Positions 10,400-24,050 of a stretch of DNA of 64,000 bases are shown here, in pieces. Where the stretch lies: the NCBI RefSeq assembly GCF_964194025.1, contig NC_134482.1, positions 5,642,001 to 5,706,000 of the forward strand. The letters are read 5' to 3'. A model generated the notes under the pieces. It was not told where the DNA came from. It did no database searches and saw only the letters and a program-made list of their open reading frames with translations. The position numbers were made by a program, and so were the translations under genes. Source of the DNA: Convolutriloba macropyga. Taxonomy: Eukaryota. The first letter of the stretch is position 1; each line of letters begins with the position of its first letter.

Positions 10400-13300
10400 T
10401 GTCTGAATAACCAGGAAACCGCAACCAAAATGCTCAGCATTGAATGCAAAACATAAGCTTTTAAACAAAAACTCAGCCGTCTTTAGTTGCATATCTTGTG
10501 AAAAGGCCCTGCACATGACAACTAAATGGATCCAAATCAGCAAAGTGGTCATAGCTGCAATGGATGAAGTAAATGTTAACTTCCTTTTCTCTGCAATCAT
10601 TGCCGGCTGTCAAAAAATAGATATGGCTAATGTTGCAGTTAATCATCATCAAAGAAAAAAACAAGCCTGAACAGCCAAGAAGTTTGAGTACTGATTGAAA
10701 ATTTTGAAAAAAATATTGAAGAAAGTGGCGTTGGAAATGGGAAGATCAAATGCGCATCCATTCAAAAATAACAAGCGATTACCTGATGACAACAACGTGA
10801 GAGTCAGAATAGTCAAAGTAAAAAATGAGACCCGAGGAAAAGAAGGGAGTCAGACAGATCGGAAGTAAACTCACTGACAATGCTCTGATTAATGACTGTC
10901 GGAGAATTGATACCTATAAAAACAAATCTTGACCAATCCTAAAAACAACTCATCATCAGCTCGGAGAGACGGTTTTTGTCATTCTATCAAGTTTTTTCGA
11001 ACTATCACAAAAAGTGTACATAAGGGAATACAACACTACAAGAAAACCAATTAATCAAAATTTACTAAAAATGAGACTTGAATTGCTCCGAGCGGACAAC
11101 AGAAGCAGGAATGAAATCAAATTCAAAACGTTCAGGCTCTTCTGAAATTCAAAAACGGACCGTGTTCATGACTGAGAGCACACATTAAAAGGCATGAGCA
11201 AGCGTTATAGCAGAGTTTTTACTTCTAAGCTCCAAAGTATTTTAGAATTCTCGCGAAGATTCTCCGTGGCAGAATCCGTCCCTCTCAAAACTAACAGAAG
11301 TGTGATTTATATAGAGAGTCCAACATGAAGCTCTACTTCTAAAAGATTATAAAAAATGTTCGGCAAGAGAAAATCTTGACAATTTGTGTCTCAATTACTG
11401 TTAAAAACTTATGGCACAGGCCCTAAATATTAGACATTATTGTAAATAACATATACTCAAATATCAATACAACTGTTAATGATTATGTTCATAAACCACC
11501 AAAAAGCAGCCTTACAGATGGAATCTTGAAACATTCTATCACTCGCTGAATTAGCATCAAGTTGATTTAAATTTCTGGAAAGCAACGTAATCAGTGTTAG
11601 CGTTTTTATTGGTTTCACTTAATGAGCACTGACTGGAAAGCATTATACCTTGGAGATAACAACAAAAACTTTTGCCCAAATCTTCTAACTGAACAGAATT
11701 TCGAACAACTGTTTGATTGCAGAGTGCAAATTGGTAACACCAAACAAAAACCGTCTTTCTGCTTAGGTAACCCCAACCCTGATTAAAGTCCGCCGTTTAC
11801 AAGAAAGTTAAGCAATCAATACAAATATGGCCCAGAACAATCTCCATTTTAGGCAACCTTTTCTCGCTGTCGATAGAGTGTAAACCAATGAGCCGACAAA
11901 ATTTGCACTTAAAAAACTCAATTGGCAAATATGGATACAGTAATGTTGACGAGCTTTTAAGTCAGTGGTTTCAATGATTTTACCAAATTCTGAAGAAAAA
12001 TTTCTCCGAAGGTAAAAAGCAGAGAACAAACTTGCCGCCCTGGATAACGAAGGAAACATAAAGCTTCATTAGAAAGTTAGAAACAATAGAACGGAAAAAG
12101 AGAAAAAGAATATCAAGCAACTTATGCCAATATCATTAAGCTTCAAAATAAATAAAATACATAGCTTTAATGACCACTAACTGACCAAAATTTAGCAGTT
12201 GTCTACATAGGTTTACACCACGATAAATTTTTTGTTAATTTATCACTTAGCTTACGACGAATTAGCATCACGAATTATTAGACATCATCGCTAAACCTGG
12301 TACTAATAGAAAAAACGAGTCGAAATCAATAAAGTTTTTTTCTAGTGTTTGAATGTAACCAGCGGAGTCTGGCAAGGGTAACTAATTGGGCCACTACTTT
12401 TTGCTTATGTGAACGATCTACCAGAATTAATAGATCAAATTTTAACATTTTGTTGCGCCGACTACTAAGAATTGAACCTTTACAATTAAACCTGAATCTC
12501 CTAACTGAACATAATTTTGAACAACAACTCATCAATTTCAGAGAGCAAATGGGAAACAATAAACAAGTAGACGTATTTATCTTTATGGAACCCCAGTTCT
12601 GGATAGATTCTACTAATGACAGAAAGTTAAGCAAACAATTCAAAATGGCCAACTTTAGTCGCGATACAAAATATGTGCAGAAAAAAATTTTTGTCCATAA
12701 AATGTTAACCAATAAGGCTAAAAAATCGCATTCAATAAGACCGATTGAAAAAAGTAAAATGTTACATTAGTCGAAAAACCAATTCTACCATGTTGCTAGA
12801 AAAATGTAGACAGTCTTCACAGTCAGTGGTATCAATGTTATTACCAAATTCTTAACTAAAATGTTTCCAAATTTAAAAGGCTAAAACAAACTCGCCCCCT
12901 GGATAACAAAGTAAACATATAATTTTATTAGAAAGTTGGACACAAGACAACGGGAAACAAAAAAGAAAATTTGTCCAATATCATTCAGTTGTATGAATAA
13001 ATAACTAAAAAAAACAATAGAAGATCAGACTACATAGGAAAATGAAATGTTCCGCGCAAATAGGTTCAGTGAAGTCCAGAGGTTTTTAAGAAAAGTGAAG
13101 AAATTTGTAGATCATATTTTAACATTTCGTTGCGCCGACTACTAAGAATTGAACCTTTACAATTAAAGTTTTCTCAAAAATTATTTAAATAAATTGAGTA
13201 ATCGGTGCCTACAAAACCAGAAGTTTCTCTACGAATACAGACGTAGGATTGTTTATCTCAAGAAAAAAGAAAATATTGTAAACCCTTAAAAAATCCCAAA

Positions 13301-13560
13301 AAATTTTGATGCGATAGTCACAAAAACCTCACCTGAAGAGCAATTGAACATAGACGTTTCTTCAAGGCAATTGGAGCACTCTAATTATTGACAAAAAATA
13401 AAGCAACTAATACTTCTTTTGCTAACAAACAAACGCATAAAAATGCCATTTTGCACACCATATGTTGCATCATATGTCAAAAAAGTTTGCCAAATAAAAT
13501 TCGAAGTTAAAGGTCATCGAAAATTTTGATACAGACTGGGTTTGAGACTGGGAAGACTGA
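10400..13560 (+). mobile_element. Highly decayed CR1-like LINE fragments (ORF1-like, endonuclease and RT remnants)
   Basis: Paralogous to the better-preserved copy at 13620-16575: endonuclease tract YKPPK..Y.W, APWIT, GPLLF..YVNDLP, many stops and frameshifts. Confidence 0.55.
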
Positions 13561-13619
13561 TTAAAAGCCATGGAGAAATCTTAATTCTTAACTTTATTTT
13601 TGTTGTTCTTAGTATTTCG

Positions 13620-16575
13620 GAACTCACGTGAAGATACTCCCTTGCAAAATCTGTCCCAGATAAAACTACTTTGTTCTGCCTAAAAGAAGCTCGGCTTACA
13701 CTTTCTGTCCCGAACGAAGCTCTTCCTTTAAGTGGTCATAGAGTCTTTCGGCGAGACAAAATCTTTGTCAACAGGAGTCCAATGCATGGAGGCGTCTCAA
13801 TTGCTGTCAGTGAAACCATAAAGTCAAACAGCTCTTGCCCTTGTCCAAAACCTTAGACCCTATTGTAACTGACATATCCTCAACTATCACGTCAATTTTA
13901 ATTGCTTGCATTTAAAATCAACCAAAAAACATCCCTTACAGATGGAACCTGGACACATTCCATCACCCGCTAAATTAGCTTTCAAGCCGACTAACAATCA
14001 GAAAGTAACGCAACAGTCCTGACCAGTGACATTAGTGTCATGAGCACTGACTGGAATAAAATATAACCGCAAGTGAAATATAAAAAAGTTTTCCTGAATC
14101 TCCTAACTGAACATAATTTTGAACAACAACTCATCAATTTCAGAGAGCAAATGGGAAACAATAAACAAGTAGACGTATTTATCTTTATGGAACCCCAGTT
14201 CTGGATAGAGTATACTAATGACAGAAAGTTAAGCAAACAATTCAAAATGGCCAACTTTAGTCGCGATACAAAATATGTGCAGAAAAAAATTTTTGTCGAT
14301 AAAATGTTAACCAATAAGGCTAAAAAATCGCATTCAATAAGACCGATTGAAAAAAGTAAAATGTTACATTAGTCGAAAAACCAATTCTACCATGTTGCTA
14401 GAAAAATGTAGACAGTCATCACAGTCAGTGGTATCAATGTTATTACCAAATTCTTAACTAAAATGTTTCCAAATTTAAAAGGCTAAAACAAACTCGCCCC
14501 CTGGATAACAAAGTAAACATATAATTTTATTAGAAAGTTGGACACAAGACAACGGGAAACAAAAAAGAAAATTTGTCCAATATCACTCAGTTATATGAAT
14601 AAGAAACTAAAAAAATCAATAGAAGATCAGACTACATAGGAAACTGAAATGTTCCGCGCAAATAGGTTCAGTGAAGTGCAGAGGTTTTTAAGAAAAGTGA
14701 AGAAAGCGCCACCGAATTATAGTGAAATGTTTCGGGGGTCAAAACACAGCTTTGGACTGCTCAAACAAGCTCAGCTTTTCATCTATTTTTTTCAGAATGT
14801 ATCCCAAAAATTCTAATCGACGCCAATATAAACAATCCTAAAAACTATAAAACTAAATAATATATTATTCTGTTCGGGTGAACATACTAGCTTAGTTTTA
14901 CAAAAATTGGACATTATTAAAAGTGAATGTCTTGACAGAATGAGTTAATTGAGTAAATTGGTCTTGAATCAGCTATCCAACACGTCCAACATCTCACTGA
15001 GTTCAAGTTTTAAAACAAGCCTCAATAGAAGCAATTTTCTTGAGCATTGGAAAGTAAGCACTATCACACCAGCATGTAAAAATGAGAACAAGACCGCAAT
15101 CAAAAACTACCGGCCAACAATCTGCCCCTAATATCCATCTAAATCTCTGAAAATGTTATTTTCGACGGTCTCTTTTACTTTGTCCCAAAACAAATGCATG
15201 ATCCAAAGATCGGTTTCGGACCAAGCGATCGATATTACCCATTGTTTCTTTAAAAAATCTATAGTTCCAATGACCACTAACTGACCAAAAAACTAGAAGC
15301 TGTATACATAGACTTTCAGAGAGCCATAGACATAGTACACCACGATAATCTTATCATTAAATTGTCAACTCTTTGATTTGGTGAAAAAGTGTTAGAAAAC
15401 ATTAGACTATTGTACAAAAGAAAATGAGCACTCCCGAAATTACATTTTTTTCTTGTTTCTTGAAAGTAACATTTGGAATCCCAAAAGATCACTACTTGGG
15501 CAACTATTGTTTTTTGTTTATATGAATGATCTAACAGTATCAACAGAGCACTGTTTTACATATGGTTACGCCGCCTACTAGAAAATGATCATTAACAGAT
15601 ACAATAAGCTTTAGAATGACTTAAATAATTCAAACAGTTGGTTTCTACAAAATGACAAGTTCGATTACGCATACAAACGTAGGCTTCTACATCTCAAGAA
15701 AAAGGCGGCTATTGTAAACCAGTGATTAATCCAAAAAATATTGGTGCGATAGTCAAAGAACACATTACTTGAAGGGACAATGCACAATGTCTCTTAAAGG
15801 CAATTGAAACACTCTGGTATCTTCTTCAAGGCAATTCAAGTGGTATCTGAAAAAAATAAAGCAAGTTACACCTCAGTTCCTAATTAACTAAATGTCTAGA
15901 ATTGCCATGTTCTACAGCTTGTAACATAAGCAGATGGAGCTGGTACTCCAAAAAGGGCATTTTAGTCACCATAAAGAGATAACTAAAAACTCTCTGGTAA
16001 CCCTTGGTAACCCTATCTTTGGTAACCCTATCGACTACAAAAAATTAATTTTAGCCACTCAAATTTTATCTCGTGCTTTTTAATTAGAAATGCACAGTCT
16101 CCAAATTTGCTGTAATATGGGCGCCGCAGATTACGATATAGACGCAAAAAAGATCCTTCATATCATACACAAAACAAAACAAGGAATTAGACATGTCACA
16201 AGTGCCCATGTCACAAGTCACGATTATCGTAGCAAAAATTAATTTTTGTAAAAGCGATGAAAGGAACTGCATTGTAAGAACAAAAACCTTGTACAGCATT
16301 TTCGCCAGAACAACAGATTTGAAGACTAAGTCAAAAAATGAACGAATTAATAACCGCAACTTCAAAATTGTTATTGGACGACCCACACGCGTGGACAGAT
16401 TGCTGCCTCTGTAGTATCTGTAACACATTCCTAGCTCATTTAGCTGACAAAGGAGGTCGCGGAACACCCATGGATGTGTTTAAGAAGTCTTCCCTCTAAC
16501 TACTACTACTACTATTACTTCTACTGCTTCTACTACTACCACCAACACTACTACTATGAATTTACTACTACTTCT
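13620..16575 (+). mobile_element. Decayed CR1-like non-LTR retrotransposon ORF2 (APE + RT) with (ACT)n tail
   Basis: HRVFRRDK...HGGVSIAV (endonuclease); WKVSTITPACKNENKTAIKNYRP, Y.DF...H..L..KL (RT); TAC-repeat tail at 16498-16573. Confidence 0.75.
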
Positions 16576-19500
16576 GCTAAAATGAATATGTTTCACACGA
16601 AAATCAGTTACGCCTCTAACATTTGTTTTCCTCTGTGTAGCATTTGCAAAACTAATGCCAAAAAATTGCGCCATTGTATTTATCCATAAAAATTTTTTTT
16701 CATTGTTTTTATACATTTAGGAACTAAGAGGTAACCATTTTTTCTTCTTGATAGATTAGAAGAAGTTATAGAAAGACAGAAATCAGAGGCTCCTCGAATG
16801 TATAATAATTTTAAAACTCTTTGAAAAGTTAAGCAAGAAGTTCAATTTCAAAGCACTTTCCGTATAATTGAGCAAAAACGTCCGACAATAGGTTGAAATC
16901 AGCCTTTTCACTAAAAGAACATCCAGAGCACTGTCATGATGCACTCAACAACACAGATTGAATTCAAAGCCCTGAAACACCAACCACCTGTGTGAGTAAT
17001 TGACCGCAATTAATTTCTCTTTTTGAGCAATCACATAGTTCAAGAGGGAAAATACGCTTATTACAGTCAAAAATTTCTTGTCTACTGGAATTCTTCTCCT
17101 CGAGATGACGAAGCAGATAACCTGTACAATTAACCAGAATCCTGTGGAAGAATTAAAAAAGAAACAAAATTGGATAAGAATCAACGTAACCAAGTCAAAA
17201 GCGTTTTTGAACGAAGAAAGCTTGTTTCTTATGGACGTAGTTTATACGGACTTCTTATAATGGTGCTCAAGTTCGGCATTTTTCTACTGCAAAACCTGTT
17301 CATTAACACGTTGAGTTAATGTAATGTTGAAAAAAAACTGATCAACTGATTATGAAACATGTCAATAATATAGAACAATGTGAGATTGAGAAATCAAGAG
17401 TTCAATCCGTAGAGAATTGTGAAGAAAATGATTGAATACCCGACCTTCTGAAATTTCGATTTCCGGGTGTTTGCATTTTATTTAAGCAAGAGGTAAAAAA
17501 AATTTCAGTTTAAATTTAAAGTTTTAAAACAAGCCTCAATAGAAGCAATTTTCTTGAGCATTGGAAAGTAAGCACTATCACACCAGCATGTAAAAATGAG
17601 AACAAGACCGCAATCAAAAACTACCGGCCAACAATCTGCCCCTTATATCCAACTAAATTCTAAATCTCTGAAACTGTTATTTTCGACGGTCTCTTTTACT
17701 TTTTCCCAAAACAAATGCATGATCCACAGATCGGTTTCGTACCAAGCGATCAATATTACCCATTGTTCCTTAAAAAATCTATAGCTCCAGTGACCACTAA
17801 CTGACCAAAAAACTAGAAGTTGTCTACATAGGATTTCAGAGACCTATAGACATAGTACACCACAATAATCTTATCATTAAATTGTCAACTCTTGGATTTG
17901 GTGAAAAAGTGTTAGAAAAAATTAGACTATTGTACTAAAGAAAATCAGCATTCCCGAAATTATTGTTTTTGTTGTTTCTTGAAAGTAACAATTGGAATCC
18001 CAAAAAATCACTACTTGGGCAACTATTATTTGTTGTTTATATGAATGATCTAACAGTATCAACAGATCACTGTTTTACATATGGTTACGCCGCCTACTAG
18101 AAAATGATCATTAACAGATACAATAAGCTTTAGAATGACTTAAATAATTCAAACAGTTGGTTTCTACAAAATGACAAGTTCGATTACGCATACAAACGTA
18201 GGCTTCTACATCTCAAGAAAAAGGCGGCTATTGTAAACCGGTGAATAATCCAAAAAATATTGGTGCGATAGTCAAAGAACACATTACTTGAAGGGACAAT
18301 GCACAATGTCTCTTAAAGGCAATTGAAACACTCTGCTATCTTCTTCAAGGCAATTCAGGTGGTATCTGAAAAAAATAAAGCAAGTTACACCTCAGTTCCT
18401 AATTAACTAAATGCCTAGGATTGCCATGTTCTACACCTTGTAACATAAGCAGATGGAGCTGGTACTCCAAAAAGGGCATTTTAGTCACCATAAAGAGATA
18501 ACTAAAAACTCTCTGGTAACCCTTGGTAACCCTATCTTTGGTAACCCTATCGACTACAAAAAATCAATTTTAGCCCCTCAAATTTTATCTCGTGCTTTTT
18601 AATTAGAAATGCACAGTCTCCAAATTTGTTGTAATATGGGCGCCGCAGATTACGATATAGACGCAAAAAAGATCCTTCATATCATACACAAAACAAAACA
18701 AGGAATTAGACATGTCACAAGTGCGCATGTCACAAGTCACGATTATCGTAGCAAAAATTAATTTTTGTAAAAGCGATGAAAGGAACTGCATTGTAAGAAC
18801 AAAAACCTTGTACAGCATTTTCGCCAGAACAACAGATTTGAAGACTAAGTCAAAAAATGAACGAATTAGTAACCGCAACTTCAAAATTGTTATTGGACGA
18901 CCCACACGGGTGGACAGATTGCTGCCTCTGTACTATCTGTAACACATTCCTAGCTCATTTAGCTGACAAAGGAGGTCGCGGAACACCCATGGATGTGTTT
19001 AAGAAGTCTTCCCTCTTACTACTACTACTACTATTACTTCTTTTGCTGCTACTACTACCACCAACACTACTACTATAAATTTACTACTACTTCTGCTAAA
19101 TTGAATATGTTTCACACGAAAATCAGTTACGCCTCTAACATTTGTTTTCCTCTGTGTAGCATTTGCAAAAGTAATGCCAAAAAATTGCGCCACTGTATTT
19201 ATCCATAAAAAGATTTTGTAGTTTTTATACATTTAAGAACTAAGTGGTAACCAATTTTTCTTCTTGATAGATTAGAAGAAGTTATAGAAAGACAGAAATC
19301 AGAGGCTCCTCGAATGTATAATAATTTTAAAACTCTTTGAAAAGTTAAGCAAGAAGTTCAATTTCAAAGCACTTTCCGTATAATTGAGCAAAAACGTCCG
19401 ACAATAAGTTGAAATCAGCCTTTTCACTAAAAGAACATCCAGAGCACTGTCATGATGCACTCAACAACACAGATTGAATTCAAAGCCCTGAAACACCAAC

Positions 19501-20027
19501 CACCTGTGTGAGTAATTGACCGCAATTAATTTCTCTTTTTGAGCAATCACATAGTTCAAGAGGGAAAATACGCTTATTACAGTCAAAAATTTCCTGTCTA
19601 CTGGAATTCTTCTCCTCGAGATGACGAAGCAGATAACCTGTACAATTAACCAGAATCCTGCGGAAGAATTAAAAAAGAAACAAAATTGGATAAGAATCAA
19701 CGTAACCAAGTCAAAAGCGTTTTTGAACGAAGAAAGCTTGTTTCTTATGGACGTAGTTTATACGGACCTTCTTATAATGGTGCTCAAGTTCGGCATTTTT
19801 GTACTGCAAAACCTGTTCATTACCACGTTGAGTTAATGTAATGTTGAAAAAACTGATCAACTGATTATGAAACGTGTCAATAATATAGAACAATGTGAGA
19901 TTGAGAAATCAAGAGTTCAATCCGTAGAGAATTGTGAAGAAAATGATTGAATACCCGACCTTCTGAAATTTCGATTTCCGGGTGTTTGCATTTTATTTAA
20001 GCAAGAGGTAAAAAAAATTTCAGTTTA
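15005..20027. repeat. ~2.5-kb tandem duplication inside copy 1 (15005-17511 / 17519-20027)
   Basis: Near-identical repeat of the CR1 3' half, its tail and the downstream flank. Confidence 0.92.
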
Positions 20028-23000
20028 GATAACTAAATTCTTGTTATAACAGGTTTGACAATTTTGTCAGACAATGTTTGGTTTTGGCGAAAAGTTTTGG
20101 ATTGTCACAACTGCAGCATTAAATAGACATTTTAAATTTTAACGACTAGTACAGTTAAATTACTGCCGCATTGATAGCAGTTGGACCCCATCCATTACAA
20201 CAACAATAGCATTAACAACAACAACGTCATAACTAAAAGACGAATTAGGAAAAACTGAAACTTTGTTAGTTGACCCGAGAGAAGAAAGCAAGAATAGTAG
20301 ACCAGAAAAAATGAATCCTGTTTAGAATACAAATTTAGCCTCAAAATTCTCTTTTTACGCAATTAAATCCACTCATTGGTAGAAAACAATTCAAAAAAAC
20401 TAAATCAAAAGCTAGAAAAATGTTGTACCGGCCAGGTAGAACTCTAAAAAAACGAAAACCTAATCAAAGCTTTAGGCAGAGAGGAACTAACAGCATTCGT
20501 TATTTTATTTCCCAGGACACCAAATAAACGAGAGATTTAAGTATATTTCTTTGTAGCAGACATTAACAAATTAGTTAGTACGCATGAATTTGAAGCTAAG
20601 GCAGACTTGGTAAGGCAGAGGTATCAGCCAAGATAAACTACGCCTTGCCTATTTAAGAAAAAACGCCAGCTCATAGAAGATTACCAAAGGTTGCAAAATT
20701 GTTTAAAGTGGAAAAAAAGAATTAAAGATTTTTTTTAAAAAATGACGAATGTTCTGTTATGAAGAAAACAACAAATCAACCAAAAATGAACGAAATAATG
20801 GATTGCCCCCTTTTTTCCTGATATGTATTTTTGAGTTTGAGGTGGTCCATAAAGTGGAGAAATTATGAATGCAACTTAGCTTGAATTGAAAAAAGAACTT
20901 ATTTTATCTTATACGAGATAATCAATTAAATAATCTAAGAAAAATTTATCAAAATTAATTAAGAACAATAGCCTGGAGCTAATATAGAGACCTTGGGTTT
21001 GATAGCATGACGAAACCTTGAAGCTATTGAGTTTGAGGCCAATGAGAAAAATTGATCACTAGGTTCTAAAGTTCATACTCCAAATTTCACGTCCCGGAAG
21101 CCATCACAGTTGCCCTGCAATGCTTTTATTCCAATGGCATCCCTACCATTATTGAAAAATCATCCTCTAAGATCCTAATGAAGTTAGAAAGGTATGTTTA
21201 CAAAATTTGGCTTCAATAGTAATGTCAATTATTCTTGTCAAAAAGAGGGTTTAGCAAGCGAGGTCTCCAGAGTGTCATTGTGGTCATTATTGGGAAGAAG
21301 TTTTTGAAGATGCTATAGTTTACATGAGCTCTGGAGAAACAAAACTTTCAAAGCAAAATTTCCTTGACTGTTATAAATGTTGTTTGAAATTGAGGGGCGT
21401 TTGACTAGAAGAATGGTGAGATATGGTTACGAGTAAAATTTCAAACTATAGGAAAGGAGCAATGCAAAACATGAAGGAAGTTGCTTTGAAATGCCCTCAA
21501 AGAGAAAATACATTGAATGATAACAGGGGGCATTATTTGGAGTGTAAAATACAACCCTAATATTTTGCTTCAACCAGGAAGTAGTTTGCATGAAAATTTT
21601 GAGTTGGCATTGAAAAAATGGAAAGAATGTGGATAAGTTTTTTTGGTTAGGGCAGTCTAAGCTTTTTTGGGTAGGGCTTCTCTTATATATGATATGAAAA
21701 GCTAACAGGGACAGGATAAATCTTGAATTTCCGTCGCTGCGCACAACTCCAGCATAAAAATCGTGTTGCGGGTACTACCCACAGACTTTTGACTTAAAAT
21801 TAACCGGTAGCACATTAATGAGGCCTTAGAAAAAACCAACCAATATGAGGAAAAACTCAACAACAGCATATTTTAAATCAGGCTTTAAAAATCAGACTGT
21901 GGTATTTATCTTATTTACATCCGTTTTTCCGGTGCGAGATGACCACTTAATTTCTAGAATGGATTTTGCTAAGCGAAAAACTTTTTTAGGTATTAGTCTA
22001 ACCTTTTCGGCGCGAAATCAAAAGAAAAGCTTAATGTCTGAATTTGAACTGTTTATAGCAGAAAAATGAAAAGTGAAACACTTGCCAAACAAAGGTATTG
22101 GTGAACCAAAACATTTGATCACGATTCGGGAAGCAAAGCAGGAGTGAACCGACACAAACTGAGACAGCGGGAAATAACAAAATAAAATGAATGGTGTACT
22201 TGTATGACATACCTTCCAACGTCTCAATTAAAATTGCACAATGATGAAATTTTAATACTGATAAAACATTTAGAATATTGATAATTTGTCCCCGGCTAAA
22301 TGTGTAATAACAAAATATTTGCTGGTTATAATAACTAGTGATTGGTAATAAAAAACAAATTGAACAGTTTTTCATACCAGTTTTTTTCAGAATTGTTGTT
22401 TAATTCAGCTTCATACGCTGTCTTTAAAGAACTGCGTCGTGTGTTGGACTCTCGTCATTGTCGAAATTATGCACTCTCTGACCGGGAGGCGAGATCAATT
22501 CAATGACCACCAAGGTACTCAATTTTTTTGGAGCCTGTTCCGATGCTGCTTCTACTGTTTCAGTATCGGATGTGGAAGTTGGCTGGACGTTTTCAACGTC
22601 TCCAGTTCAGCGTTTTTGTCTTAGTGGAGCGCTGATTAACAAATCTGATGCCTTGTTGAGAATTCCAATACAATTTGGACACACTTCTGAACACTTCTGG
22701 TTTGTCCGTTTGTTTGTTTTTCCGCATTACTATCATCGGCATGGTCGAGAGGAACTTGTTGCAATCCAGAGGGAGGTGCTGTCGAAGTTGCCGGTAGTAG
22801 TAATGCGCCAGCCGTTTTTTAATTTGAGGTGAACGTCGTTCTGTGATGGCTGCGAATTTAGCGATTTTTGATAAACGACCTTGCATTGAGCAAGCTATGT
22901 ACAATTTTAAATATGATACTCAGCTGCCCTTTTCTCGTCGTTTTTATTTGAATTTCATATCTCCTCTGATCTTCCACCTTAACTCCTTAACATGACTCTG

Positions 23001-23999
23001 GATCTTTTCTTCCACCGTTTTTCTTTGGTAAGAGTTCCGACTCTGTGCGATAAGCTTTTTAATGGTAATTTAATGGTAATTAGCGTTCAAGTTGGTTGCC
23101 AAGATTGGCGATTTCGCTATTGCGTACCGTCACAATTGGTTTACCGGGATCTCTCGTCTTGAGGGGATCACTTTCAGAATATTCTAGCCCTGGACAAGGA
23201 CCTTGTAAAGGCCTTCCGTTTTTTTTTACCTCTTTCTGGTGTATTTTCCGAGCCGGTTTGTGTTGGTCGGTGCGATCAGTTAGGGGAATTGGGCGACAAA
23301 AATTTGAAAGGAGAAACCATGATTTGCAATTACCGCTGCTTCTCTCGTTTGTTTGCGTCGTGTGTAGCTTTCGTTAGTCCCTTCTCAACTTCATTATCGC
23401 TACAATAACCTTGACCCGTTTGTCGCCTGGAAAAATGGCCTCGGGGGGAACTGTTTCTTCATCTAATTAGTACTTTATTTTGACTTCAAATAAAAATTTG
23501 GGCACAATGCAAACAAATGAATGGGTGGCAACTGTGTTAATTATATTTACTGAATTTTGACCGGGATCATTTAATGTGTTAAATTGTTGTGCTGGAACGT
23601 GTGTTTTAATTAATAAGTCTATTTGGGATGACGATTGTTTTACTTTAAATCTAGTGACTTTGCTGATGCAGAAACAAGTTTGACTGGTTGACCAGAAATT
23701 CCTCGTCTTAAATAGATACTTTTTTAAACTTTTTTGGGTTCGGGTGTTGAGAAAAATAACCCCCAATAATCGTTTTTGAAACTGGCATATGTTGAATTGA
23801 AAATTGCTACGGCCATTCAAAAAATATTCTGGTACATGTTAATCTGAAAATTGTCAACCCAAACAAACAGAGGATATTAACAGATGGGAGTGAAAATAAA
23901 AACTCCTTTTCAGGAATAGTTCGTTGTTATTCAAACTCAATTCTTAGAATTCAATAGATAGAGTCAAGACAAATTTATATACTTTGTAAACACTTTTAT

Positions 24000-24050
24000 T
24001 CAATAGTTCAACCTGAGGACGAAGGCAATGTTCGAAAACCTATTTTTAAA
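24000..24050 (+). ncRNA. Duplicated degenerate hammerhead motif (PLE 3' region)
   Basis: Same core sequence as 9138-9166. Confidence 0.4.

Larger units (their letters stand above)
8930..23813. repeat. Tandem segmental duplication, copy 1 (~14.9 kb)
   Basis: Colinear with 23814-46675; many ORF-track peptides pair up (e.g. 10083/24958, 21845/44764, 22593/45512). Confidence 0.95.

Noticed and set aside
15995-16032. Triple GGTAACCCT repeat, telomere-like
   Set aside because: Local micro-duplication inside a dead LINE, carried along in all four copies; not a telomeric array
16474-16716. Poly-Tyr / poly-Val / poly-Leu ORFs (also ~18857-19232, 38618-38812, 41789-42179)
   Set aside because: Translations of the (TAC)n LINE tail, not genes
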